A DNA stretch of 64,000 nt from an uncultured Planctomycetota bacterium (GCA_963737655.1 CAVTTN010000002.1:1344001-1408000), one strand, 5' to 3'; positions 20,777 through 30,624 are shown, counted from the first letter of the stretch. Notes: a model not told the origin generated them from the letters alone. Program-made: numbers and translations.

Positions 20777-22045
20777 ATGTCCGAGGTCGTCGGCTCGATC
20801 TTGCAGTTCCTGGAGGCGGCCCAGGGGGCGAGCGCCCTGGTCCACGGCGGGGCGTGGGCGATGCAGGCCCTCCGCAACTTCGGCCGCCAGCAGAAGGCCG
20901 GGCAGATCCGCCGGTTCCTCGAAGAGCTCGGCAACACCAGCGAGCCCCAGGTCCGGTCGCTGGTCGGCGACTGGGCGAAGTCCCGGCCCCGGCCGCCGTC
21001 GATCGACGATCGCGAGGCGCTGATCGCCGTGCTGGTGAACCTCTCGCGGCGGGCCCGGTTCGTGACGACCCACGGGACCGCCCGGAGCAGCATCCTCCGC
21101 AGCCTCCCCCTGATCGAGCAGATGCTCTCGGACATCCAGCCCCGGAGGCGGAGGGGCGAGCCCGTGGCCCCGGAACACCGGAGCTGGAAGCTCGAACGGT
21201 TCCTCGGCATGGGCAATTTCGGCGAGGTCTGGATGGCGAGGAACCCGAACTACCCGCAGCCCCGGGCGTTCAAGTTCTTCACCCGGCCCGGGGCGATCGA
21301 GGCCATCCGCCGGGAGCAGGAGAGCCTGTTCGCCGTCCGCCGCGACCTGGGCGACCACCCGAACCTGATCCGGTTCGAGGACGTCGAGCTCGACGACCGC
21401 GTGATGCCGTACATCGCCCTGGAGTTCGCCGGCGGGGGTTCTCTCGAAGACTGGATCCTGGAGGACGTCGCCGACCGGCCCGCCGTGAACAAGCACGACA
21501 TCGTCCGCCAGGTGGCCGACGGCCTGGCGACGGCCCACCGCCACAAGATCTACCACCGAGACATCAAGCCGGCGAACCTGGTGCTGACCGAGGGCCCCCG
21601 TCCCGTGGCCAAGATCACCGATTTCGGGCTGGGGAAGGTCTCGGCCGAGATCGCCGGGGCGAATGCCTCGACCAGCGCCGCGGTGGTCGTCGGGACGCCG
21701 ATGTACCTGCCCCCCGAGGCCCAGCACCACCGGGACGGCCGCCAACCGGCTCAAGACGACGTGTTCGCCCTCGGCGTGGTCTGGTATCAACTCCTGGTCG
21801 AGAAGCTCGAACGCCCCCCGTACGACTTCGCCGACGAGCTGAGGCACAAGGGGGCCGACTCCCACACGATCGCCCTGATCTCGCGATGCCTCGGGAGGCC
21901 CGAGAACCGCTTCCGGGACGCCGGGGAGCTCGTCGAGAAGCTCGATTTCGTGGGCCTACCCCTCTGGGACGTGCCCCCCGGCGCGCTCGACGTCCAGTAC
22001 CTGTTCCGCGAGTACCACGCGAGCCTGCCGGAAGCATCCCTGTAG
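20777..22045 (+). CDS. Cytoplasmic Ser/Thr protein kinase with uncharacterised helical N-terminal domain
   Basis: LGMGNFGEVW, AFKFF, HRDIKPAN, DFGLG, GTPMYLPPE, DVFALG; no transmembrane helix or sensor repeats. Confidence 0.9.
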   Translation: MSEVVGSILQFLEAAQGASALVHGGAWAMQALRNFGRQQKAGQIRRFLEELGNTSEPQVRSLVGDWAKSRPRPPSIDDREALIAVLVNLSRRARFVTTHGTARSSILRSLPLIEQMLSDIQPRRRRGEPVAPEHRSWKLERFLGMGNFGEVWMARNPNYPQPRAFKFFTRPGAIEAIRREQESLFAVRRDLGDHPNLIRFEDVELDDRVMPYIALEFAGGGSLEDWILEDVADRPAVNKHDIVRQVADGLATAHRHKIYHRDIKPANLVLTEGPRPVAKITDFGLGKVSAEIAGANASTSAAVVVGTPMYLPPEAQHHRDGRQPAQDDVFALGVVWYQLLVEKLERPPYDFADELRHKGADSHTIALISRCLGRPENRFRDAGELVEKLDFVGLPLWDVPPGALDVQYLFREYHASLPEASL

Positions 22046-22117
22046 GCCGCATGCAATGCACCGTCGCGTCGGGCGGGTGAAACCGGCCGCGAGTTTGGTG
22101 CATTGCATGCACCCTAC
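22042..22117. repeat. GTAG-type REP doublet between convergent genes
   Basis: GTAGGCCGCATGCAATGCACC ... GGTGCATTGCATGCACCCTAC. Confidence 0.85.
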
Positions 22118-25100
22118 GGTCCGGAAAGCGCCCTCTCCAGCTCCTCGCGATCGACGAACGGGCTCTGGAGCCGCAGGGCCCCGCCTCCGCATTCCCACAG
22201 GAGGTCGCCTCGGCCGAGGAGGTCGGCGCCGTCGGGCCTTCGGAGGATCAGTTTGGAGTCGGCCTCGGAGGCGACCTTCAGGCAGATCCGGGCCGGGAGG
22301 TTGCTTCGGAGCAGAGGGGTGACCACGCTCGCCTCGGGCCTCTGGGTGGCCAGGACCAGGTGGATTCCTGCGGCGCGGGCCTTCCCTCCGAGCCTCTTCA
22401 AAGGGGTTTCCAGCGCCTTCTTCGTCGCCTTGTCGGTCATGAGGTCGGCGAACTCGTCGAAGACGACGACGATCCTCGGCGGGGCCTTGGGGTCGATCGC
22501 CTGCCACTGGCCGAGGTCTTCGAGCCGCCGGTCCCTCATCTCGGCGAACCGGCGCTCGCCCTCGTTGAAGACGTCCTCGACGATCCCCAGGGCCTCCTCC
22601 GCGCCCAGGGCCACCGGCCGGAGGAGGAACGGGCCGGGCTCCTGGCCGAAGTTGAAAGTGACCTGCTTCGGGTCGATCAGGGCGAACCGGAGGCGATCGG
22701 GGCCGAGCCGGGCGGCCAGGCTGGCGATCATGGCCTTGAGGAACTCGCTCTTGCCGCTGCCGGTGGTGCCGGCGACCAGGGCGTGGCAGAAGTTCGGGTC
22801 GGAGAAGTCCAGCCAGTGCGTCTCCCCGGCCACGTCCTGGCCGACGGGGAAGCTGGGCGTTCCCGGGGGGCCGGCCGGGAGGTCGCGGAGGCGGACCGTC
22901 CGGCGGAAGCTCGCGGGCAATTCGACGTCGATGCTCACCAGGCCACCCTGCGAGCCGATCAGGGGGAGCGTCTCGACGGCCAGGCCAATTTTGAGGTCCT
23001 CGGCCCGCCCCCGGATCTTGTTGATCGTCGTCGAGGGGTAGGGCTCGACCAAGAACCGGGCGAACGTCGGGCCGATCTGCGGGCCTCCCCGGGCCCGGAC
23101 CCGCGCCCCCAGCTCGCCGAGCCTCCGCGAGATGAACATCTGGGCGTCGTCGGACCAGAGCAACCGGGGCTCGCCATCTTCGTCCAGCTTGGACGGAGGG
23201 GGAGGAGGCGGGGGCGGCGGAACCGTCTCGACCGGCGGGGGCATCGTCGTCACGACCGGCGGGGGCGGCTTCACCACGACCGGCTCGGCGGGGCGTTCCG
23301 GGGGCGCCACCCATCCGGCGAAGATCTGGTCGAACAGGCCGAGGTTCGCCAGGACTCCGAGCTTCGCCGCCAGGTCGCGGAACTCCCCGGCCGAGACGAT
23401 CCGCCCGCCGACCTGGAGGTTCTGCGCCCTGGCCTTCTCCAGAAGCGTCAGATACGTTTCCAGGCGGGCGAAATCGTCGCGAGAGCCGACCAGAGAGACA
23501 ATTCGAAGGTGCTGCTTCTGGACCCCCTCCTCGATCTCCGTCCTCGCCGCGGGGCCGGCCGGGACCTCGGCCCTCGCCGTGACGAAGACGGCCCCGACGG
23601 CGTCCCCCTTCTCGACCGTCTTGAGGGCCGCCTTCAGGTAAGCCGTAAACCGCCGGGCGTCATGGTTGACCTCGAAGGCCACCACCAGAGACTTCGCGCC
23701 CTCTCGCCCGTCCAGGACGGCCTCCAGGGTGTAGCGATAAGGGTCCGGGCTGCCGGCGACCTGCGGGACCGGCCCGTCTCGGACGTCCTTGATGGCCAAT
23801 CCGGCGCCGGTCGGGGGGCGGAGGGCTTCGAGGAACGCCTTGTGGAGCCGTTGGTCCTGGACGTTCTCCGGCCCCCGAGTCTTGTCCCTGGTCGCGTCCT
23901 GGAGCTCCTTCTCCCACTCGTCGCGGATCGCCGCGAGCGGATCGACGGGCGGATCGACCGGGCCGGCCGGCATCAGGTCAATCGCCCGGCCGAGGTCCCC
24001 CTCGTCGGCCCAGTCCCGGTACGCTTCCTCGCAGGTCTTGAGAAGTCCCCGAGGTCGCTGAGGGGCCGAGGCGATCAGGCGGCGGAGCGAGGGCTCGTCG
24101 ATCGGCCACCATCCGGGCCGGGCCGCCGGGCCGTCGGGCCAGTGGAGCAACCTTCGATGGACGAGGGCCAGCGCCTCGTCTTCGTCCAGGTCGTTCAGGC
24201 TGGAAGGGCTCGTCCGCTCGTGGAAGGAGGCCAGGAAACGGTCGGCCAGCAACTTCCATTCGACCTCCAGGCAGGCCACCAGGATCAGCAAGTTCGGGAC
24301 GACCGACCGGAGCGTCATCATGTCGGTGCTGAACTGGAGGGGCGCGTTCTCGCGGTCGGCGAGGAGGACGTCGAGCTGGTCGATGCAGAGGATCACGGGC
24401 AGGTGACCGGCCATCAGCGAGGCCACGGCCTCGACGACTCGCACCGGGTCGGGCGGCTCGTCGGGCAGGCCGAGCCGGGCGGAGACGTCGTCGGGCAGGA
24501 TCTCGCCCCGGAGCCATCGGCGGGCGGCGTCCTTCTCGGGCGACCAGCCCAGGGCCAGGGCCCGGACGATGTTGCCGTCGAGATCGGGATGGGCCTTCGC
24601 CAGCGATTCGGCGAACGTGCGGAACGGCTCGACGGCCTTCACGGCGTCGACGATCGGCCAGACGGCGGCGTCCTCGGCCCGGAGCCGCTCGTGAAGGTCC
24701 TCATGCCGGGCCTCGATCGGCCGGGGGAGGAACGCCAGGTATTTCAGGAACGACGGCCGGGCGAGCCGGGCCAGGGCGCGGGCCAGGGGGGAGCGCGTCC
24801 TGCCGTCGGACTCGTCGAAGACGCTCATGACGACATGATGGCGGATGTGGGCCAGGGGCCGCCGGACGTCCTGGATCGGCGGGACGAACACGAACAGGAC
24901 GGCGCCGCCGATCTCGTGGGCGATCCGGCCGAAGAGGTGCGTCTTGCCGTAGCCGGGAGGCCCGAGCAAGACCTGGATCTTGCGGTTCGGGTCGATCCCT
25001 CGGCGGCCGTCCATCGCCGAGATCGCGGCCTTGAGCCTCTCGGTCACGTCCCGTCCGATCGAGGGGACGTCCCACTCGGGGACGAAATCGACCGGGCCGT

Positions 25101-25152
25101 TCAGGACGCCCCGGCCGAACGGGTTCGGAGGCGGAGGGCCGTCGCCGGTCAT
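22114..25152 (-). CDS. AAA-type P-loop ATPase fused through a proline linker to an FtsK/SpoIIIE motor domain
   Basis: N-terminal GPPGYGKTHL and LCIDQLD; poly-Pro linker; GPTFARFLVEP (FtsK alpha-like), HALVAGTTGSGKS, LIDPK, VFDEFAD, ARAAGIHLVLATQRP, LLGRGDLL. Confidence 0.9.
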   Translation of the reverse strand: MTGDGPPPPNPFGRGVLNGPVDFVPEWDVPSIGRDVTERLKAAISAMDGRRGIDPNRKIQVLLGPPGYGKTHLFGRIAHEIGGAVLFVFVPPIQDVRRPLAHIRHHVVMSVFDESDGRTRSPLARALARLARPSFLKYLAFLPRPIEARHEDLHERLRAEDAAVWPIVDAVKAVEPFRTFAESLAKAHPDLDGNIVRALALGWSPEKDAARRWLRGEILPDDVSARLGLPDEPPDPVRVVEAVASLMAGHLPVILCIDQLDVLLADRENAPLQFSTDMMTLRSVVPNLLILVACLEVEWKLLADRFLASFHERTSPSSLNDLDEDEALALVHRRLLHWPDGPAARPGWWPIDEPSLRRLIASAPQRPRGLLKTCEEAYRDWADEGDLGRAIDLMPAGPVDPPVDPLAAIRDEWEKELQDATRDKTRGPENVQDQRLHKAFLEALRPPTGAGLAIKDVRDGPVPQVAGSPDPYRYTLEAVLDGREGAKSLVVAFEVNHDARRFTAYLKAALKTVEKGDAVGAVFVTARAEVPAGPAARTEIEEGVQKQHLRIVSLVGSRDDFARLETYLTLLEKARAQNLQVGGRIVSAGEFRDLAAKLGVLANLGLFDQIFAGWVAPPERPAEPVVVKPPPPVVTTMPPPVETVPPPPPPPPPSKLDEDGEPRLLWSDDAQMFISRRLGELGARVRARGGPQIGPTFARFLVEPYPSTTINKIRGRAEDLKIGLAVETLPLIGSQGGLVSIDVELPASFRRTVRLRDLPAGPPGTPSFPVGQDVAGETHWLDFSDPNFCHALVAGTTGSGKSEFLKAMIASLAARLGPDRLRFALIDPKQVTFNFGQEPGPFLLRPVALGAEEALGIVEDVFNEGERRFAEMRDRRLEDLGQWQAIDPKAPPRIVVVFDEFADLMTDKATKKALETPLKRLGGKARAAGIHLVLATQRPEASVVTPLLRSNLPARICLKVASEADSKLILRRPDGADLLGRGDLLWECGGGALRLQSPFVDREELERALSGP

Positions 25153-26261
25153 GAGACGCCCTCCACGTAGAACCAGAGCTCCTGCCGGCCCGGGATCGCG
25201 TCGTCACGGTCCTCGACCGTCACTCCCGAGGTGTCGTTCAGCGGGAGGAGCCGGAGTTTCCGGTCGCGATGGAGGCCCAGAATCCGCTCGTCCAGGGCGT
25301 CATGCCGCGCCGCCGAGGGGCCGAGCGCCCTCGCGATCGACCGGCGGATCTCGGGGATCGGCACCAGGCCCGAATGGCCGAACCGCTCGCGTTTCAGCTC
25401 GGTGAAGGCGGCCATCACGGCGCGGTCGATCGCCTCGGGGCCGAGCGGTTGCGGCGTCGGGGGCGGCGGGATGACCGTTCCGCCGAGGGCGGCCCGCGCC
25501 GCGTCGTCGAATCGCTCCGGAGAGATCCCGGCGCCTCCGTATTTCTTGCGGAGCCCCTCCAGTTCCCCGCGGAGGTGTTCGACCAGGTCCGGCGGCCGGT
25601 CGGTGAACTTTCGCGGCTCCTTGACGGCGAACTTCAGGGCCTCGTGCGCGTGGCCGGCATCCAGGAGGCCTTGCAGGAGGTCGCCGAGCTGGTCCTCCGA
25701 GGCGCCCGGACAGGCTTTCTTCGCGGCCCTGGCGAGCTCGGGGAACGTCTGGGGGCCGCGATCCTTCCCCTTGCCCTTGCTCAGGACCGCGAGCAGGGCC
25801 GATTTCGCCAGGTGGTCGGGGCCCCGGTCCCAGAAGAGCGGCGCACCGCCCTTCTTCGCCGGGGGAAAGCGGTGGACGCCTCCGCGATCGGCGAGCGTTT
25901 CGAGGGCCTTGCGGACCGTCTCGACCGAGAACTTGTTGCCGGTCCGGGTCCGGACCCTCGCCGGGTCGAGCGGCGCGTCGGAACCTCGGAGGGCCGGGAG
26001 CAGGGCGTCGATCGCGGCGGCGTCCTGGCTCGTCAGGGCGAACCTCGGGGCCTTGCCCGAGGCGGGGTCCCAGCGGTGGATGGCCGCTCGCGAGGCCATC
26101 TCCTCCAGGAGCGCGCCGAGGCCGGCCGCCGACGGCTTCTTCTTGCCCGGCAGCTTCGCCCGGACCTGCGCCGTCGTCATCGGCTCGGACGTCTCGCCGA
26201 CGAGGGCGAGGATCGATTCCTCCAGACTCGACTCATCCAGGAGCGATTTCTGAATCGCCAT
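25149..26261 (-). CDS. Hypothetical protein with tandem winged-helix-like repeats
   Basis: Starts MAIQKSLL; three similar units ending LLEEMASRAAIHRW / ALETLADRGGVHRF / LLQGLLDAGHAHEA; C-terminal LVPIPEIRR...LDERILGL...DAIPGRQELWFYV; ATGA overlap with the ATPase gene. Confidence 0.75.
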   Translation of the reverse strand: MAIQKSLLDESSLEESILALVGETSEPMTTAQVRAKLPGKKKPSAAGLGALLEEMASRAAIHRWDPASGKAPRFALTSQDAAAIDALLPALRGSDAPLDPARVRTRTGNKFSVETVRKALETLADRGGVHRFPPAKKGGAPLFWDRGPDHLAKSALLAVLSKGKGKDRGPQTFPELARAAKKACPGASEDQLGDLLQGLLDAGHAHEALKFAVKEPRKFTDRPPDLVEHLRGELEGLRKKYGGAGISPERFDDAARAALGGTVIPPPPTPQPLGPEAIDRAVMAAFTELKRERFGHSGLVPIPEIRRSIARALGPSAARHDALDERILGLHRDRKLRLLPLNDTSGVTVEDRDDAIPGRQELWFYVEGVS

Positions 26262-26406
26262 CGGTCGATCCCCGATCGGTCCGCATCCTCGTGAGCCGGA
26301 CGACGCGAGGACTTTACCTGACGAGCGAGTCGGGAACAAGTGTCTACCGAAAGTTCCCCGGCGAGGGGTCGGTCGCGGACGCTCATGGATCGTCGGGGCC
26401 GTACGA

Positions 26407-27207
26407 TCAATCGAGCGGGTTGGATCTCGGGGCCGCGGGGAACGCCTCGTGGAACTCTCGCCAGCAGGCCCTCCACCAGCCCACGAACGAAAGTCCGCCC
26501 CGGCCGATGGCTCGCCGGTGAGACGCCCCGACGACCAGGACCGTCCCGAAGAACAGGGTCCGTTGCAGGGCCATCGTCGCGAATCGGCCGAGGCGGCCCC
26601 GAGCTTCGCGGAGCCTCCCGAGCCGATCGGCCTGGAATGCGACGTGCCGCGCCTCGTCGCCGAGGATCTGGTCGCAGAGACTCCGCAGGACCGCCGAACG
26701 GGTCGCCTCCCGCAGGGCGGCATAGTAGACCTTGGCGAGGATCTCGGCCGTGATCAGGACGGCGATCGCGGCTTCGAGCCCTCCGGCGAATCGTCGCAGG
26801 CCCCGGAACACGCGATCGCCGGGCGTGGTCGCCACCAGGGGGATGCCGTTGAGACCGAGGAAGCGGCCGAGGTCGCGGGCGTGCCTCCGCTCCTCGGCGA
26901 TGAACAGTCGGATCGCGGCGACGTACTCGCGGTCGCCGGTCCTCTCGGCGTACCGCTGGGCGGATCGGAGCAGGTGCTTGCCCTCCGAGCTCTCGCCGGC
27001 CTGGAACTCCCGGAGCGACCGGGCGATCGCGGCGGTTTCCTCGGGAGTCAAGTCGGCCCCGAGCGACCAGGGGATCTCCCGGAGCGACCGGGCATTGCGT
27101 TCGAAGGACCGTCGCCAATCCAGCGAGGTCGGCCGGGTCGCCGAGGGTTGGTGGGGTCGCGGAAAGGGTGCGAATCGCGGCGCGCGGGGAATCCTCGGCG
27201 TCCTCAT
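26407..27207 (-). CDS. Ferritin-like (di-iron carboxylate) domain protein
   Basis: FQAGESSEG, EERRH, AEILAKVYY, DEARH: paired ExxH motifs. Confidence 0.85.
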   Translation of the reverse strand: MRTPRIPRAPRFAPFPRPHQPSATRPTSLDWRRSFERNARSLREIPWSLGADLTPEETAAIARSLREFQAGESSEGKHLLRSAQRYAERTGDREYVAAIRLFIAEERRHARDLGRFLGLNGIPLVATTPGDRVFRGLRRFAGGLEAAIAVLITAEILAKVYYAALREATRSAVLRSLCDQILGDEARHVAFQADRLGRLREARGRLGRFATMALQRTLFFGTVLVVGASHRRAIGRGGLSFVGWWRACWREFHEAFPAAPRSNPLD

Positions 27208-27264
27208 GAACGTCTCCCGTCGAGAATCGCGATGGGCCTCCCCCGGCGGGGGAGGCCCGACATT

Positions 27265-27312
27265 CTTTGCGATGCAAAGCGAACCAGGCTCGGCCATCTT
27301 TGCGATGCAAAG
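27265..27312. promoter_or_regulatory. Two identical palindromic operator-like sites
   Basis: CTTTGC-GAT-GCAAAG at 27265-27279 and 27298-27312, upstream of the ferritin-like gene. Confidence 0.7.
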
Positions 27313-27406
27313 TCGCCGAGTCAAGGATTTTTCCGGGCTTCCGCGCGGAGGGCGGCCCGGGAGGTCTGGGATCGAGAGGGGATTCCGCCGTGGAGGGCCG
27401 CCGCGA

Positions 27407-29638
27407 TCAGAGTTTCGAGGGTCGCGCCGGCATCCAGGGCGAGAACGCGCCGAGGCCGTGGACCCGGAGCTTGCGGCTCCAGATCCGATCGCCGCAGAAG
27501 GCGAACAGGGTGTCCATCTCGCGGCCCCCGAGGCAGAGGCCGACGGGCCGGGATCGGTCGGGCAAGGGCAGGATCGCCTGGGAGGGGCCGTCGTCGGCGC
27601 AGGCCTGGACGCCCAGGCGGGTGGCCACGAGCATCGGCCCTTCCCTGGCGGAGCAGACCGCCTCGGCCCCGGCGTCGTCCTGGTCGTCGGGCTGGTGGAG
27701 CCAGAAGAACCGCTCCTTGTTCGCGAGCGTCCCGTCGGCGTGGATCTGGTAGCTGTAGGCCCATTTGGACCGCCCGTCGGCCACGCTCAGGAGCCAGCGG
27801 TCGGCCCGGACGGCCAATCCGGTCGCGCGCTTCAGGCCCGAATCGACCCGGGTCTTCGTGCCGTCCTTGACGAGCCAGACCTCGCCCGATCCCTCCGCGT
27901 CTCCCGAGGTGGTCACATACAGAGATCCCGATGCGGTGGCGAGCAGGTGACGCCCCTTCAGGCCCTCGACGATCGGCCGGCCCTTGCCCTGGGCGTCGAA
28001 GCTCATGACCGTCCCGGTCCGGCTCGACACGGCGAACAACTCGCCGCCGGGGCCGACGCTCAGGGCGTCGGCGCCCCCCGAATCCTCCAGGAAGTCGTGG
28101 ATTTTCCCGTCCGGGTCGATCCGGGAGACCTTGCCCTCGGGGCCCTCGACGAAGAACACCTCGCCCCGGGCGTTGACCGCCGGCCCTCGGGCGTCTCGGC
28201 GGCCCTCGGCGACGAGGCGCCAGGGCTCGTCGGGCAGGATCAGGTCGCGGATTCGAGGGGCGCTCGGGCCCGCCTTCACCGGCTCGGGCCAGCCTTTCCA
28301 GAGGAAGGCCATCGCCTCTCGCCAGAGGTCGTGGTAGCCCGCGACGTGCCCGCCGTCGAGGATTCGAAATTGGTGATCATACCCCGAGAACTTCAGGGCC
28401 TTGTCCATCTCCTGGTCGAGCAGGAACCAGTCGCCGGCGCAGTTCTCCATGTCGCGGGTGCCGGTGGTCAGGAACAGGCGGATCGGCTTCGCCTCGGTCT
28501 TGCGGACGAGGGTGGGGAACTCGTGTCCCCCTCGAAACGCGACGAAGCTCCCGCTGTTGGCGTAGACCCGGGAGAACGCCTCGGGCCGGTGCCACGACGC
28601 GGTGAACGCCGCGATCCCCCCGCTGCTGCCTCCCGAGAGGCAGCGGTCATTCCCGAGGGTCGAGAGGCGGAGGTCGAATTTCTTCGAGACCGCCGGCAGG
28701 AGCTCCTCGACCAGGAACCGGACGTTCTCGTCTCCCACGCCGTCGTACTCGAGGCAGCGGTTGCGGCGGCCGATGGTGTCCTTCGTCGGCGCCGGGAGGT
28801 CCCCGGGTCGGACGAACACGCCGATGGTCACGGGGATCTCCTTCGCCGCGATCATGGCTTCCAGGAGGGGTTTCTCGGCGGGGCTGTAGCCGTCGGTCTT
28901 CACGTAGACGCACGCGGGCCGGGAGCCGTCGTACTGGGCCGGGACGAACACCGAGACCTGCCGGACGGTCCCGGGGAAGATGGCGCTTTCCGAGAACACG
29001 AATTCATGAATTTGTCCCTTCGGGATCGCCTCGGGAGGCAGTTCGGGGGCGACGTAGACGCTCGGGGGCGGCCCGCTCGGAGGCTGGACCGGCGACCCGG
29101 CCAGGGGGCGGATCAGCCACTGGAGGTGGCGGTCTCCGGGCTTGTGGGTCCAGAGGTCGATCCGGGCGTCGGGCGCCGCCTTGCCGCCGAAGTGGTCGAG
29201 CCCCTGGCCCGAGACGTGGCCCGGGATCAGGGTGTATGACCCGTCGTCGTTGCGTTCCAGGGACCACTCTTGCCACGGCTTGCCGCGATCGATTTCCAGG
29301 ACGGCGGGCGTGCCGTTGGTCGCGCCTCCCCGGTCCACCGCCAGGACGAGATTCGGGCTGTAGGACGGCCGGATCGCGAAGCGGTCCTTCCCCTTCGGCG
29401 TGATCCGCCACTTCTGGTTGGGCGAGCCCGAGGGCCGCCCGATCGCGACGGCGGTCCCCTCGACGGTGCCCGAGGCGACGGCCTCCAGGGTGAACGCCGG
29501 GGCGCTGCTGGGGACGATCGCATAGGCGCCCCAGTCCTCGGCCGAGGCCATCCCGGGCGAGGAGGAGGCAAACAGGGCGGCGATCCCGCAGAGGAACCGC
29601 CCGGCGATTCGGCGGGGCGTCGAGGTCGTCTCTCTCAT
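27407..29638 (-). CDS. Secreted ricin-B lectin + Fes-like esterase + SMP-30/gluconolactonase fusion
   Basis: QKW/QEW/QW lectin repeats; SAIFPGTVR, RNRCLEYDG, nucleophile elbow GGSSGG; C-terminal propeller. Confidence 0.85.
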   Translation of the reverse strand: MRETTSTPRRIAGRFLCGIAALFASSSPGMASAEDWGAYAIVPSSAPAFTLEAVASGTVEGTAVAIGRPSGSPNQKWRITPKGKDRFAIRPSYSPNLVLAVDRGGATNGTPAVLEIDRGKPWQEWSLERNDDGSYTLIPGHVSGQGLDHFGGKAAPDARIDLWTHKPGDRHLQWLIRPLAGSPVQPPSGPPPSVYVAPELPPEAIPKGQIHEFVFSESAIFPGTVRQVSVFVPAQYDGSRPACVYVKTDGYSPAEKPLLEAMIAAKEIPVTIGVFVRPGDLPAPTKDTIGRRNRCLEYDGVGDENVRFLVEELLPAVSKKFDLRLSTLGNDRCLSGGSSGGIAAFTASWHRPEAFSRVYANSGSFVAFRGGHEFPTLVRKTEAKPIRLFLTTGTRDMENCAGDWFLLDQEMDKALKFSGYDHQFRILDGGHVAGYHDLWREAMAFLWKGWPEPVKAGPSAPRIRDLILPDEPWRLVAEGRRDARGPAVNARGEVFFVEGPEGKVSRIDPDGKIHDFLEDSGGADALSVGPGGELFAVSSRTGTVMSFDAQGKGRPIVEGLKGRHLLATASGSLYVTTSGDAEGSGEVWLVKDGTKTRVDSGLKRATGLAVRADRWLLSVADGRSKWAYSYQIHADGTLANKERFFWLHQPDDQDDAGAEAVCSAREGPMLVATRLGVQACADDGPSQAILPLPDRSRPVGLCLGGREMDTLFAFCGDRIWSRKLRVHGLGAFSPWMPARPSKL

Positions 29639-29822
29639 GGTTGCCTCGCCCCCTGGGGACCGCGATCGTTGGCCTCCTCGCCCGGGCCGAGCTGAGTCCA
29701 GCAAACCGGAGAGGTCCGGTCAACCCGCCTCCGCCCCGGTCGCGGCTTGTCCGAGGGCGCGGGGTCCGGTCTACTGGGGCATCGGCGGGAGGGAGGCGAC
29801 GCCACGACTCAGGGAGGGCGCG

Positions 29823-30608
29823 ATGGCTCGCGGGATGACGTCCTCGGTGCGGGAAGGGCCGGCGAACCCGGAGGGCCTTCGGGACGTCGCCGGTCGCGAG
29901 CGGCGGGGGTGGCTCCGATCGGCGTGGTTCTCGGTCCTCGCCGGGATCGTGGCCCCGATCGCCTGCTTCGCCCTCCAGCCGGCCCTCCTCCACGGCATGC
30001 AGTCCATGCTGCCCGGCCTGAGGTTCATCGACACGTTTTGGCTCTTCAGCTACGGCGTGATGGGGCAGGAGATGCTGGCCCTCGCCCTCTGGCTGGCCTT
30101 CCGCGACCGGCCGGGCGCTTGGAGCGCGTGGCTCTCGGGCGTGTTGCTCGCCGGCGCCCTGTTCGCGGGCGGCCTGGGGCTGGTCCTCCTGCCGATCAGC
30201 CTGATCGGGCTGCTGGCGGTCATCGGAATCCTGGGATTCGTGCCGTTTCTGACCTCCGCCGTCTTCTTCGCGCACGCGGCCGAGGCGTATCGCCGGGCGC
30301 GACGGGTCGCGGGGAACGCGATCGGCCTGGGGCTGCTCGTCCTGGGCGGGTTGATGGTCGTGGGAGGGCCGGCCGCGGTGGAGGTCACGGTCTGGATCGC
30401 TGCGGGATCGGCCATCCGCGGCATCGCCGCCGGAGACCCCTCGGCGACGGCGAGGCTCCGCCCCTGGGCTCGGCTCGTCTCCCTCGACCACCTCACGTGG
30501 GCCTACGCCGCCGAGCCGGACCCGGTTCGCAAGACGAGGCTGGCCGACGCCTTCCGGGAATTGACCGGCGAGGACGTGGAAGCCCGGATCAAGCGGCTCG
30601 ACGATTGA
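29823..30608 (+). CDS. Integral membrane hypothetical protein
   Basis: 5-6 hydrophobic segments; genome-like codon usage. Confidence 0.7.
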   Translation: MARGMTSSVREGPANPEGLRDVAGRERRGWLRSAWFSVLAGIVAPIACFALQPALLHGMQSMLPGLRFIDTFWLFSYGVMGQEMLALALWLAFRDRPGAWSAWLSGVLLAGALFAGGLGLVLLPISLIGLLAVIGILGFVPFLTSAVFFAHAAEAYRRARRVAGNAIGLGLLVLGGLMVVGGPAAVEVTVWIAAGSAIRGIAAGDPSATARLRPWARLVSLDHLTWAYAAEPDPVRKTRLADAFRELTGEDVEARIKRLDD

Positions 30609-30624
30609 CCGGCGCCGCCGCGGG

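Noticed and set aside
22114..23200. Canonical cell-division ftsK
   Set aside because: No membrane domain and no gamma domain, and fused to a second ATPase; symbol withheld
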